A stretch of DNA of 62,008 nucleotides, the filler included. It is 7 parts of 7 records of this genome, joined end to end, with 100 filler letters (N's around TTAATTAATTAA, not from the genome) between each part and the next. Parts side by side here need not be neighbours in the genome. Positions count along the whole stretch, not along the records: positions 19,244 to 30,987 come from SRR31156797_18475; positions 31,088 to 36,533 come from SRR31156797_18476; positions 36,634 to 41,837 come from SRR31156797_18481; 4 more parts are not named here. One strand, written 5' to 3'. Below the pieces are notes generated by a model, which ran no database searches, was not told the DNA's origin, and saw nothing but the letters and a program-made list of their open reading frames with translations. The translations under genes were made by a program, and so were the position numbers. Each line of letters opens with the position of its first letter. Positions within the stretch are counted from its first letter, which is position 1. Below, piece by piece: positions 29,540 through 40,183 of this stretch.

Positions 29540-29887
29540 ATGAATACATTATCAGATAGACGAAAGCACGCAAGGATTGAGCTGAATTCCATCAATAGTT
29601 TCTTCAGACAGTGTGATGTAGCCGCAACTTCCGGCGGAGATCTGGATATAACTATCTTGAATATCTCCACAAAGGGGATGAAATTCAAAGTTAATTCGGT
29701 CAATGATTCCGAAAGAATTAAACTGGATGATGAACTCTTTATTCGCGGCTGCATTTTTAATGATAGAATCGGATTTCTCAGCAGTCAGAAGGCTGTCGCA
29801 GTATGGCAGGAAGACAGTCTCTTCGGTGTTAAATTTACCCCATCCCTTGAACTTGACGAACTATCCCTAATCGACATGCTCAAATAA
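29540..29887 (+). CDS. PilZ domain protein
   Basis: RRKHAR (RxxxR) and NISTKG (D/NxSxxG); GVKF. Confidence 0.85.
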   Translation: MNTLSDRRKHARIELNSINSFFRQCDVAATSGGDLDITILNISTKGMKFKVNSVNDSERIKLDDELFIRGCIFNDRIGFLSSQKAVAVWQEDSLFGVKFTPSLELDELSLIDMLK

Positions 29888-29948
29888 ACCGCCTATTGCT
29901 AATTAGCACCCTCTTTCAAAGAACAGGATAAATTGCTACCTTCAGCTT

Positions 29949-30944
29949 GTGAGCAAGCAAGAACCCAAAATTATCGCATGGATCGGCAATACCTTCTTTC
30001 GCACCGGAATGGATGAACTGGGCTACAAAACAGTTCATATTCCCATCCGGGGGCAGCAGGTATTTACTTGGCAGGACATCCTCAAAAAAACGGGCACAGA
30101 ACCGTTTGCAGTGGTCTATGCTGACCGCTCCATCGCCCCTCCGCTGGCCGGAGTGGAAAATTATCCCTGTCTGACAATTTTTCACTGCATCGATACCCAC
30201 ATCCATAGCTGGTACCCCCTTTACGCTCAAGGATTCGATATCTGTCTGGTCAGTCTGAAGGATCACCTGGATCGTTTCAGCCCCCGGTTGCAGGACTCCC
30301 GTCTGCTCTGGTTTCCGCCCATTGTTATGGACGCCGACCAGCCAGTTGAGATGGAAAAAGAATGGGATCTGCTATTCGTAGGCAAGGTCGATCCAGTACT
30401 GACCCCGGAACGCATGGAATTTCTGGACAAAGTTGATAAACTTGTAACAGGACTGCACGTAACCCAAGGAGCCTACCGCAATCTTTTTCCAAAGGCCCGG
30501 GTAGTCCTCAACATCGCCGAACGCGGCGACCTGAACTTTCGTGTATTCGAAGCACTGGCCTGCGGCTCCTGCCTGCTGACCCCGAAAATTGATAACGGAC
30601 TATTTGATCTTTTTGAAGACGGCGTACATTTGCTGACTTACGAGCCGAACAATGCTGAAGATTTAATGAAAAAGCTGAATACCTTGTTAGAGGACAAGGA
30701 TTTGCGAGAACGCATAGCAAGACAAGGCAATGAATTGATCGAGACCACACACCGTATCATCCACCGCGCCCAAACCCTGCACAAGGTAATAACTGAGATG
30801 AATGTTGAAGCGGCAATTAAAAACCGCATCGCCGCCGCACCACAGCTGCGGCGCAATTTCCTGAAATCGCTCTACCTGCACTGGGCAGAGGAAGTGGGCA
30901 TCCCTGAATTTCAAAAGATTTATTTGGAAGCTGCGCGAGGGTAA
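29949..30944 (+). CDS. Glycosyltransferase (CgeB/GT1_2-like)
   Basis: LLFVG...R; LNFRVFEALACGSCLLT; HL-x-x-Y. Confidence 0.8.
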   Translation: MSKQEPKIIAWIGNTFFRTGMDELGYKTVHIPIRGQQVFTWQDILKKTGTEPFAVVYADRSIAPPLAGVENYPCLTIFHCIDTHIHSWYPLYAQGFDICLVSLKDHLDRFSPRLQDSRLLWFPPIVMDADQPVEMEKEWDLLFVGKVDPVLTPERMEFLDKVDKLVTGLHVTQGAYRNLFPKARVVLNIAERGDLNFRVFEALACGSCLLTPKIDNGLFDLFEDGVHLLTYEPNNAEDLMKKLNTLLEDKDLRERIARQGNELIETTHRIIHRAQTLHKVITEMNVEAAIKNRIAAAPQLRRNFLKSLYLHWAEEVGIPEFQKIYLEAARG

Positions 30945-31087
30945 GTTTTTTTGCCTCCGGGGTGGGGGGGGGGGGGGGGGGGGGGGGNNNNNNNNNNNNN
31001 NNNNNNNNNNNNNNNNNNNNNNNNNNNNNNNTTAATTAATTAANNNNNNNNNNNNNNNNNNNNNNNNNNNNNNNNNNNNNNNNNNNN

Positions 31088-32234
31088 CCTGGAACGAGAG
31101 CTTGTATACCAGTTTCTCAAATTGTAGTACAGTACCTATTATGAGCACATCGGTCTTCTCTGTTTCGTGGGACACTGCATTGCGCTCAAGGGCTGCATCT
31201 CCGCCCCTTGCCAGTATCTCCTGCTTGATTATCAGTGCCTCGGTGGTGGTGATATTGTTCACACGTACCACTTTGCTCACGGTCTTGTTCTTCATGACCT
31301 TTGCACCGGTGGCTGTGACACCCATGCTTTTCATCAGGTACTCTGCATCATCAGGGTGAACTATGTCCGTGACAGTGACCTCAAAGTCACCATCCTTCAC
31401 AAATGGCTGTCTCTTCCTCATGGCAGCTGCAACCTCAACGACATCCTTTGTCTCAGGGATATCATGCGTCCTTATGATATGTGCGCCCTTGTGCACCACG
31501 ATGGCAGTTGCAGCAAGGCTACCATAGAGCCTTTCGTCTGCTGGCTTGTGCAGCACCGCATCGATACATGACTTTCTTGACACCGCAGCAAGTATTGGTT
31601 TTTCGAATACCTTCAGGCTCTCAAACTGGTCCACCGTCTCAAAATCAAAGATCGGATCCTTTTCAGGTATCCATTTTCCTATAGCAGGGTCAAGAATGAG
31701 TTTATCAGTATCTATCCCTTTAGCATCAGCTTTGCTGATGATATCTGCAAGTGACTGCATGATAGCGTCCATGCCGATTGGGTCACCAGGAACTTCCTCC
31801 GATGCCATAATAACGGCAGGGCAGTCGTAGTCTGCGACTATATCCATCATCTCAGGGTTGGTTGTGAAACCTGAGACATCGTTGATGATATCCGCACCAT
31901 GTTTCAGGGATTCTTTTGCAACGCTGGCATAGACGGTATCCACAGAAATAAGTGCATCCACATTGTCCTTCAGGATTTCCAGTGCAGGGATCATGCGGCT
32001 TAATTCCTCTTCTTCACCAATGACCGGATTTGCAAGAGGCCATGTGGATCGCGCTCCAATGTCAAGTATGGTGGCACCATCATCAATCATCTTTTGCGCT
32101 ACATCAAGAAGGGAATCGTTACTAACAACCGAACCCTTGTAAAAGGATTCCTTGCTCAGGTTGATGACACCCATGAGTCTTACGGGGTGTTCATCACCAA
32201 TCTTCAAACCGCATATATCAACATCAACAACCAT
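31088..32234 (-). CDS. folP: Dihydropteroate synthase with C-terminal extension (3' truncated)
   Basis: MGVINLSKESF, DIGARST, ISVDT, INDVSG, SRKS, IRTHD; extra IIKQEILARGGDAA domain. Confidence 0.9.
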
Positions 32235-32332
32235 TGTTCAACCAGGTGGTATTAATTCAGGGGTAGGTCGTCCGAATGAACTGGATAGTTCGGACAAAAT
32301 AGTATTCAATTTATAAAATATAAATGTGCTTA

Positions 32333-33202
32333 TCAGCTGTTCTTAGCTGATATAAGCACGTGTTCCATGAGTATGGCAATGGTCATAGGACCAACGCCTC
32401 CGGGAACCGGGGTTATGAGTGAAGCCTTCTTCACGACATTATCAAAATCAACATCACCGTATACCTTTCCTTCCTCTTCGGTGATACCCACATCAAAGAT
32501 GACGGCACCTTCCTTTACCATATCTACTTTGATGAGGTGCTTAACGCCAGTACCAACAACAAGGATGTCAGCATCAAGTGTGAACTTCTTCAGGTCATCG
32601 GTGAATACGTGACATACGGAAACTGTAGCATTTCTGTTTATGAGCATTGCAGCCATAGGTTTGCCCACAACGTTGCTATGTCCTACAATAACTGCGTGCT
32701 TTCCCTGAATACCCACCTCGTACTCTTCAAGTGCCCTGATAACACCTTTCGGGGTACATGGCACAAGACCTTCCTCACCGATCAGGAGCTTACCCATGTT
32801 GCAAGGATGGAAACCATCGGCATCCTTTTCAGGATCGATGGCAAGCATTGCGGTCTTGTCATCAAGGTGTCCTGGAAGAGGTAACTGCAGGAGGATGCCA
32901 TGTATGTCCTCCCTGGCATTCAATTCCCGGATGCGGTGCATGAGCTCTTCCTGTGTGGTAGTCTCAGGCATGTTGTGGTCCTCTGCATGTATGCCGACCC
33001 TCTCGCATGCCTTGTGCTTGAGGCGTACATACATTTTGGATGCAGGGTCCTCGCCGACAAGTATGGTTGCAAGTCCGGGTATGATTCCCTTCTTTGTCTT
33101 TAACTCGTCAACTTCCTGCTTAACCTGCTCTTCCACTTTCTTTGACAGGCTTCTACCATCTATCTTCCTGGAATCGTAGTTCTCTTCTGCCATTGCAAAC
33201 AC
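32333..33202 (-). CDS. folD: Methylene-THF dehydrogenase/cyclohydrolase
   Basis: [31 protein letters not shown]. Confidence 0.95.
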   Translation of the reverse strand: MFAMAEENYDSRKIDGRSLSKKVEEQVKQEVDELKTKKGIIPGLATILVGEDPASKMYVRLKHKACERVGIHAEDHNMPETTTQEELMHRIRELNAREDIHGILLQLPLPGHLDDKTAMLAIDPEKDADGFHPCNMGKLLIGEEGLVPCTPKGVIRALEEYEVGIQGKHAVIVGHSNVVGKPMAAMLINRNATVSVCHVFTDDLKKFTLDADILVVGTGVKHLIKVDMVKEGAVIFDVGITEEEGKVYGDVDFDNVVKKASLITPVPGGVGPMTIAILMEHVLISAKNS

Positions 33203-33239
33203 CTGTGTATCTTCCTTTACAGGATCAACTTCAAATTAA

Positions 33240-34484
33240 TTACTTGTACACCGGAAATCCGCTACAAAGCTGCTCAACATCGGAGTTGATACCGTGAAGG
33301 ACCGTATCATTGTCGAGATTGTCTATGACCTCTGCAATGAAACCAGCGACTTCTTTCATCTGTTCTTTCTTCATTCCCCTTGTTGCTACGGCAGGAGTAC
33401 CGATCCTTATTCCACTTGTAATGAACGGGCTTCTTGTCTCGAACGGGATGGTATTCTTGTTAAGGACGATTCCTGCTTTGCTCATTCCTGCTTCAGCTTC
33501 CTTTCCGGTCATGTCGAACTTGTTGAGGTTGATAAGCATTACATGGTTGTCAGTACCGCCGGATACGATGTCGAATTCCCTATCCTGAAGTTCCTTTGCA
33601 AGGACATCTGCGTTCTTTACGGTCTGGAACTGGTCTGCCTTGAAAGGCTCTCCCAGTGCTTCCTTGAATGCAACGGCCTTTGCAGCTATCACATGCATGA
33701 GAGGTCCACCCTGAAGTCCAGGGAAAACAGACTTGTTAAGGTCTTTTGCGTATTCTTCCCTGCACATTGACATTCCACCCCTTGGGCCTCTGAGGGTCTT
33801 GTGGGTGGTGGTCGTGACAAAATCAGCGTAAGGTACAGGGCTTGGGTGAGCGCCGGCAGCTACAAGACCTGCAATGTGTGCAATATCTGCAAGCAGGTAT
33901 GCTCCGACCTCATCAGCTATGTCCCTGAATGCCTTGAAATCCAGTGTTCTGGAGTATGCAGAGGCACCGCAGACAATCATCTGTGGCTTGTTCTCCTTTG
34001 CCATGGTCATGAGTGCATCATAATCAAGGGCTTCTGTCTCTTTGTCAACACCGTATGGTATTATATTATAGAGCTGTCCTGCGAAGTTCACAGGGCTTCC
34101 GTGTGAAAGGTGTCCGCCGTGGGTGAGGTCCATTGACATTATTGTGTCCCCTGGCTTGAGGACTGAGAAATAACATGCCATATTGGCACCGGAACCAGAA
34201 TGTGGCTGGACGTTCACATGTTCTGCACCGAAGATATCTTTTGCTCTTTCTATGGCAAGATCCTCTGCGATATCAACGAATTCGCAACCGCCATAATAGC
34301 GTTTTCCTGAGTATCCTTCAGCATATTTGTTTGTCATTACAGAGCCCTGTGCTTCCATAACGGCACGGCTTGTGTAGTTCTCTGATGCTATCAGGTTCAA
34401 TTTGTAATCCTGACGGTTCGCTTCAAGCCTCAAGGCTTCTGCAATATCCGGGTCAATTTCTGAGACGTAAGACATAGTTACCAA
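33240..34484 (-). CDS. glyA: Serine hydroxymethyltransferase (bacterial type)
   Basis: [33 protein letters not shown]. Confidence 0.97.
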   Translation of the reverse strand: MVTMSYVSEIDPDIAEALRLEANRQDYKLNLIASENYTSRAVMEAQGSVMTNKYAEGYSGKRYYGGCEFVDIAEDLAIERAKDIFGAEHVNVQPHSGSGANMACYFSVLKPGDTIMSMDLTHGGHLSHGSPVNFAGQLYNIIPYGVDKETEALDYDALMTMAKENKPQMIVCGASAYSRTLDFKAFRDIADEVGAYLLADIAHIAGLVAAGAHPSPVPYADFVTTTTHKTLRGPRGGMSMCREEYAKDLNKSVFPGLQGGPLMHVIAAKAVAFKEALGEPFKADQFQTVKNADVLAKELQDREFDIVSGGTDNHVMLINLNKFDMTGKEAEAGMSKAGIVLNKNTIPFETRSPFITSGIRIGTPAVATRGMKKEQMKEVAGFIAEVIDNLDNDTVLHGINSDVEQLCSGFPVYK

Positions 34485-34550
34485 CTGTTAGATTCAATAT
34501 TTTATGAGATCCCTGACGTGCAGGGTATTATAAGGTTTATATAAGCTAAT

Positions 34551-35159
34551 TTACGTGTGTACTACTATCCGACCTTCCACTTTAAGTTTACCCTCTACGA
34601 AAAGCCTGACAGCTTCAGGGTATGCCTTGTGCTCCTGTTCCAGTATACGTGCTGCAAGGTCATCGGCTGTATCTCCCCCAAGGACAGGTACGGATTTCTG
34701 GATGATTATGGGTCCTGTATCCATTCCCTCATCAACGAAGTGAACGGTGCACCCGCTTACCTTCACACCATAGTCAAAAGCCTGCTGCTGGGCATGAAGT
34801 CCCTTAAAAGCAGGGAGCAGTGCAGGGTGGATATTTATTATCCTGTTACGGTATGCTGAGATCAGGTCCTTTCCTACCAGGCGCATGTAGCCTGCAAGGA
34901 GTATGAGGTCAGCATCGTTGTCTTTCAGGACTTCAAGTATCTCTTTTTCAAATTCCTGCTTGTCGGAGTAGTCAGAAGGATCAATAAAAACATCGGTTAT
35001 TCCATGATTTCGGGCACGTTCAAGAGCATATGCATTCTCTACGTCGCTGATAACCACGGCCACCTTTGCATTTTTAATGTAGCCGTTCTCAATATTATCA
35101 ATGATGGACTGGAGATTTGATCCTCTTCCTGAAACAAGTACCGCGATGTTAGTAGCCAT
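34551..35159 (-). CDS. purN: Phosphoribosylglycinamide formyltransferase
   Basis: SGRGSNLQ, INIHPALLP, GCTVHFVDEGMDTGPII. Confidence 0.95.
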   Translation of the reverse strand: MATNIAVLVSGRGSNLQSIIDNIENGYIKNAKVAVVISDVENAYALERARNHGITDVFIDPSDYSDKQEFEKEILEVLKDNDADLILLAGYMRLVGKDLISAYRNRIINIHPALLPAFKGLHAQQQAFDYGVKVSGCTVHFVDEGMDTGPIIIQKSVPVLGGDTADDLAARILEQEHKAYPEAVRLFVEGKLKVEGRIVVHT

Positions 35160-35271
35160 TGTAAGTTCTAAAAGGGATTTCTGTATATTAGGGTTTTGGA
35201 TTTACCAATAACTGCAATAAAATAATAATGAATGATAAAGAGTAACAAAGGACTTTTTGAAATTGGCAATT

Positions 35272-36246
35272 TCAGATATTGATATTATGTTTCTTTGTCC
35301 TTTCATCGATAAGTTCGGCCAGTTCCTCTGTGCCGGATAATTTGTCAAGTTCTGTTTTTTCGATAAGAACCGTATTTTCAACGGTTTCTGACTTTATCTG
35401 TCCGTTGATAATAAAAACAGATTTCGTTCTTGTAACACATGATATGCTGCTCATAAGATCTGCGCGCTTAATCATTGCGCTGCTGTAGGTGCTGACTCCG
35501 GTGAGTAACGTATCGGATGTATCTTTTGAAATTGCTTTGAAGGGTGCCTGACTCGTGGACATTACCTGATATCCAAGTGAATGAAGCATACCAAGGATAC
35601 CATCATCAGGTTTTGGTTCTGGTGCTTTTTCCTGAGGCATTTCCAAATTGACACTGACCCTCTTTTCAAAACAATTAAGTATGTCTATGGATTTTGCCAA
35701 GGCAACATCCAGGAGTTCCTCAAGATGGAGTACTATGTCAATGGATGCGTCCATGCCTCCTTCTTCATACTTACTGATGGTTCTTCTGGATACTCCAAGT
35801 TCTGTTGCAAGTGCTCCCAGTGACATGGAAGTTCTCTGACGTGCTTCTCTGAGTACGTCTCCGTCAATTGAAACATAAAGGCCGCCAGGAGCAGCTGAAA
35901 CCAGTGGCGGTATGTCTTCCACAAAGTAATCATAAAGGGTTTGTACATTGACTGCCGGTATGTCGTAACGCATGTATACAACGCTGTCCTCAAGCATCTG
36001 GTCTCGGGTTTTTGCACCTATAAGTATTGCAGTTCCACCAAGATACAGTGCAAGACTTTTCATTTCTCTTGCAGTTTCTTCGTTAAGGCCATCTATATTA
36101 AAAAGGACTTTACAAAAAAGAAGTGTTTTGCCGCTTCTTGCTGCCAGATCAAAGCTTCTTGGCCGAATATTGCATCTCTTAGATACAATGAAGCCTGCTT
36201 GCTGCAATACATCAATGATTTGATGTATGAGGATCTCTTTTGTCAT
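35272..36246 (-). CDS. Archaeal conserved HTH transcriptional regulator (nuclease-like plus XRE HTH)
   Basis: RPRSFDLAAR...KVLFNID; AAPGGLYV; SLGALATELGVSRRTISKYE; archaeal-type family. Confidence 0.85.
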   Translation of the reverse strand: MTKEILIHQIIDVLQQAGFIVSKRCNIRPRSFDLAARSGKTLLFCKVLFNIDGLNEETAREMKSLALYLGGTAILIGAKTRDQMLEDSVVYMRYDIPAVNVQTLYDYFVEDIPPLVSAAPGGLYVSIDGDVLREARQRTSMSLGALATELGVSRRTISKYEEGGMDASIDIVLHLEELLDVALAKSIDILNCFEKRVSVNLEMPQEKAPEPKPDDGILGMLHSLGYQVMSTSQAPFKAISKDTSDTLLTGVSTYSSAMIKRADLMSSISCVTRTKSVFIINGQIKSETVENTVLIEKTELDKLSGTEELAELIDERTKKHNINI

Positions 36247-36633
36247 GAGTAAATAGGCATTGTTTGCACATCTATATAAAGTATCTGCATGTTTCCTTGC
36301 AATCTCCTCAATTAATTTCTTGGAAACCCCTACTTTTCAAAAAGCTAAGTAGCATATATTTAGGAAATTATTTATTTAATGCATCAAATTCTATGTGTAT
36401 ATACAAATTGCCGTTTTTTCAATGATTAATTGGGCTGTTTGTTAGTATCATGGGTAGGAAGGTTTAAGGATGGGCATATGCAACAAGAATATATTAGGAA
36501 GTACTCAGCGCTAGCTTTATGCAGCAAGCTGAANNNNNNNNNNNNNNNNNNNNNNNNNNNNNNNNNNNNNNNNNNNNTTAATTAATTAANNNNNNNNNNN
36601 NNNNNNNNNNNNNNNNNNNNNNNNNNNNNNNNN

Positions 36634-37586
36634 TCCTGAATGACCCGCAGGAGCCTGACCTGGGCGCTAAGGGGCATCTCTCCGATTTCATCAAGGAATA
36701 TGGTGCCCCCTTCCGCCCGCTCGAATCGTCCCCTCTTGGCCGAGAGGGCCCCGGTGAAGGCTCCTTTCTCGTGACCGAACAGTTCGCTGTCGATCAGCGT
36801 TTCGGGAATGGCGCCGCAGTTGACGGCGATAAAAGGACCGCTTCTGCGGCGGCTTTCAGCATGAATGGCTCCGGCGGCCACGTCTTTCCCGACCCCCGTT
36901 TCACCGGTCAACAGGACCGGGCTGTCTCCGGAGGAGACCTTCCTGATCCGCTCCATAACCGAGCGGAGGCCGAAATCGGCTCCCACGATGCGGTCTCCCG
37001 ACCGGCGTATGAGCTCCCGATTGAGGAAGCGCTTATCATCTGCCAGCCGCTCACGAAGGGACTTGAGTTCTTCCTGCTCCAGGTAGTTTGACAGGGCGAT
37101 GGAAAAGGGCCGGAAGAGTCCGGCCAGCCTGTTCTTATGTATCTCATCGTACAGGCCCTCTTCCCCGGCTGTGAGGATGAGACTGCCCAGACGCCCCTTC
37201 TCCGCTCTGAGTATAAGATTCAGTATCGATCGGTCGGGTATCTGATGGAATGCCAGCATATCCCTGGCTACCGGGTTTCTGTCGGGGTCGGATATATGAA
37301 CGGAACCGTCCCGGAACGAAGTGAGATTCTCATTCACCAGCGTCCTTGTCTCTTCGGGCAGAGGAGTCAGGGATTCGGAGGGGTATGCTTTGTCCCGATC
37401 GGCCACGGCGATCGTCCGCATAGCCCCGAGACCTGCCTCGTAGATCTGAAGGAAGGCGTGATCCACCGGAAAGGCCCTGCGAAGAGTACGGACCGTACGC
37501 TGCAGTGCGTTTCCAATGTCCAGTCCGCAAAAGAGTTCCAGGGTCACGGAGCGGAAGAACTCATCATCTGAAAGGATATCTGTCAT
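36634..37586 (-). CDS. Sigma54-dependent activator (GAF plus AAA+), 3' truncated
   Basis: [27 protein letters not shown]; start codon uncertain (37586-37640). Confidence 0.9.
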
Positions 37587-37622
37587 CTCCCTTTCATTAT
37601 GGTTCGGATTCACACTCCTTTC

Positions 37623-37673
37623 AATTGTCATATATGACAATTACGAAAGGGAGACAGTTGTCATATATAACAA
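37623..37673. promoter_or_regulatory. Tandem upstream activator sites (UAS)
   Basis: Perfect 20-bp palindrome AATTGTCATATATGACAATT and near-copy TTGTCATATATAACAA 33 bp away. Confidence 0.75.
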
Positions 37674-37747
37674 TAGCTTCTCTGTACGATAGAAGCGATT
37701 TAAAAAAAATGAATCTATTTCATTTACAGATAAGAATTTAATTAAAT

Positions 37748-37763
37748 TGGCACAGCTATTGCA
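37748..37763 (+). promoter_or_regulatory. Sigma54 -24/-12 promoter
   Basis: TGGCAC-AGCTA-TTGCA, exact consensus spacing. Confidence 0.9.
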
Positions 37764-37796
37764 GATAGGATGATAAGTTAATAGAGGAGAAGTTAT

Positions 37797-38693
37797 ATGG
37801 CTAAAACAATTTCGGCTTTGACCATACTGGGCAGCCCCCATGACAAACGATCCAACACGAGGGGATTGGTCGAGGATTTTATCTCAGATCTGCGGGAGCG
37901 GGACGTGCTTATTGAAAACCGCATCATTTCACTGGGCTCCATCAGCATCAGTCCCTGCAAAGGCTGCTGGAACTGTACGAGGGAAAAACCATGCCCTGTG
38001 GGTGACGATGACCTGGAGATGGTCAAGGAGGCGATGCTTGACTGTGATATGCTTATCCTTGCCAGCCCGGTCTACACCAATCAGGTCTCGGCGCAGATGA
38101 AGATGTTTTTCGACAGGCTGTTCACCTGGGTCCATGTGTTCCCCCTCCTGGGAAAGTTTGGTATGACCGCCGTAACGACCTCCAACGACGGATGGAAGGA
38201 AACCGGTGATTATCTGGAAAAGATAATGGCGACTCTGGGGATATCGTCCTTCGGGACAATCGCCGGCCGGGGTGCCTTTGCACCGGGATTCTTCCCCCGG
38301 AGAGACAGCGAGAGGAGAAAAAACAGCAACATGGCCGATAAGGCGGCGGCCCTGCTCAAAAGCGGGAAGCTGCCCCCCCCGACACCTTGGAACAAGAGGA
38401 TGTATGCCGTCATGAAGAAGAAGCTTGTGGGAATCAACCTGGTCCGTCATATGAGCGGCAGTCGGTCCTCCGGGAGCCCGGCCCCTTCAGGAATCCTGCT
38501 GGGATTGATGAGAAAGGGGATGAAGAAAAAGGGGATAGAACAGAAGGACGTGGACAAATTGTCCGGGTTTATGAACTTTGAATACAGCTGGTGGATTGAC
38601 CGTTCCTGGTATGGAACCAGATCCTTTTCCCAATTGGCGGGGACGTCCGTTCCGGAAAGCTTCGATCTCAAAAGGAGACTGCTCAATCGATGA
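37797..38693 (+). CDS. Iron-sulfur flavoprotein/flavodoxin family protein
   Basis: GSP...SNT FMN loop; CKGCWNC-x5-C; ASPVY...MKMFFDR. Confidence 0.85.
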   Translation: MAKTISALTILGSPHDKRSNTRGLVEDFISDLRERDVLIENRIISLGSISISPCKGCWNCTREKPCPVGDDDLEMVKEAMLDCDMLILASPVYTNQVSAQMKMFFDRLFTWVHVFPLLGKFGMTAVTTSNDGWKETGDYLEKIMATLGISSFGTIAGRGAFAPGFFPRRDSERRKNSNMADKAAALLKSGKLPPPTPWNKRMYAVMKKKLVGINLVRHMSGSRSSGSPAPSGILLGLMRKGMKKKGIEQKDVDKLSGFMNFEYSWWIDRSWYGTRSFSQLAGTSVPESFDLKRRLLNR

Positions 38694-38980
38694 ACGGCAA
38701 GGGAGAGCGGCTTATGGTCATCCGGGCGAGATTTTCCCTCGAGACCAGTGAGTCCCGCATAGATGAAATCGTCACGGCCTTCCGGATCCGTGCCGATGGG
38801 ATGAGACGCATAGAAATCTATCGTCGGATCCCGTTGCCCAGGGACATGCAGTGGCTGATTTTTTCAGCTGAAGAGTCCGAAGCCGAGGAGGATGATCCTT
38901 TCTGTGAGAGATTGATCGCCGCTTTGAGGGAACACGCTTCGGTGGACAGTACGGTCTGGCAGACCGTAGAGCAGAACTAA
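38690..38980 (+). CDS. Hypothetical protein
   Basis: 96 aa; ATGA overlap with the upstream gene. Confidence 0.6.
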   Translation: MNGKGERLMVIRARFSLETSESRIDEIVTAFRIRADGMRRIEIYRRIPLPRDMQWLIFSAEESEAEEDDPFCERLIAALREHASVDSTVWQTVEQN

Positions 38981-38991
38981 GGGGATGATAT

Positions 38992-39984
38992 ATGAACTTT
39001 CGTATTCTCGATTTTGACCACAGGAGAATAGGCGAAGCCGCCCGGCTGCTAAGGGATTCCCAAAACAGGCATATGGCCGCCCACGGAGCAGATCTGCTTG
39101 TTGACGAAAGGTTCTGTGATGAGCGGATCAGGGCCGTCCTGTCGGAAGAGGTCGTTTCTTCGCTTATGGTATTTGATAGGAACAGGGTCGTGGGATACAT
39201 GATCGCCACGGTAGAAGACGATCCGATCTGGGGGAAGAAGGGATGGGTCAAGCTGAGCGGATGGGCCATCGCCCCCTCCTACGAAGGCTGCCTACCCTAC
39301 CTGTATCAGAGGATAGCGGACAAATGGCTGCCCCTTGAAATCCTTACCCACTATGTCATGGTCTACCACTCGGATTCGGCCTCGGTTGACTCCCTGGGCA
39401 ACCTGAGTTTTGCCAGGGAGCAGAGCCATGCCCTACTCCCGTTGGAGGACTATGCCCCGGGGGAACTCCCCTCAACGGAAGGGGACGTGGAACTGAGGCC
39501 GGCTGATGAGAACGACAGAGAACAGGTGAAAAGCTTCTCCCGCACTGTAGCCGAGCATCAGATTCAATCGCCCTGTTTCGCCTCTGCGCCCCAATCGTAC
39601 CTGGAGGCGCTGGATAAGGGCTTTACCGGGCTTCCGGACGATGAGGACGCCCGTGTCTTTCTCGCATTGTACCGGGAAAGGGCCCGGGGGATTGAACTGT
39701 ATTATGAAACGGAAGAAGATCTTCGTCATCCGTAGGGAGCCTATGAGCTTGCCGTAGGCGCGGTCGAAGAGGAACATAGGGGCAAGGGTGTCGCCAGAGC
39801 CCTCACGGCCTATGCCCTGGGAGCGCTGAAATCTGAAGGCGTTAAATACATCGTAACGGACTGGCGCTGCGCCAATCTGGAGTCACGGCGATTCTGGTCT
39901 CAAACCGGTTTTGAAGCGACGGCTCACAGATTTATCCGGCGCTTGGATCCGATGATCCTGAAAGGACGATCAGGGGCCTCTTGA
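38992..39984 (+). CDS. Tandem GNAT acetyltransferase with in-frame TAG at 39733-39735 (recoded or pseudogene)
   Basis: Frame stays open 82 codons past the TAG and encodes VEEEHRGKGVARAL (motif A) and DWRCANLESRRFW..GF; TGA at 39982-39984. Confidence 0.8.
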
Positions 39985-40000
39985 AACAGCTTCCCTGTAA

Positions 40001-40183
40001 AGCGACAGCTCCGTGTGTAACTCCTGCAGGCTTTGTACGAAGAGATGCCCCATGGGTCTTGAAGTTCATACGCTTGTGTCCAGAGGCTCCATCGAGCACA
40101 GGAACTGCATTCTCTGCGGGAACTGTGCAGATATCTGTTCCCGGGGAGTCATCCGATTCGCCTGGATATCCCCCTCTCTCTAA
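40001..40183 (+). CDS. 2x[4Fe-4S] dicluster domain: small ORF or gene remnant, missing from the ORF track
   Basis: CNSCRLCTKRCPMGL...CILCGNCADICSRG; possible GTG start at 40013. Confidence 0.75.
   Translation, partial: SDSSVCNSCRLCTKRCPMGLEVHTLVSRGSIEHRNCILCGNCADICSRGVIRFAWISPSL

Noticed and set aside
30962-30987. Poly-G run as a G-quadruplex or phase-variable tract
   Set aside because: Sits at the contig end; typical sequencing artefact.
31088-36533. Pyrrolysine recoding in the methanogen contig
   Set aside because: The complete genes end in TAA/TGA and none shows an in-frame TAG.
40066-40182. Amber readthrough of the 40180-41580 oxidoreductase
   Set aside because: The extension has no recognisable motif and is antisense to the Fe-S ORF; TAG appears to be a true stop here.
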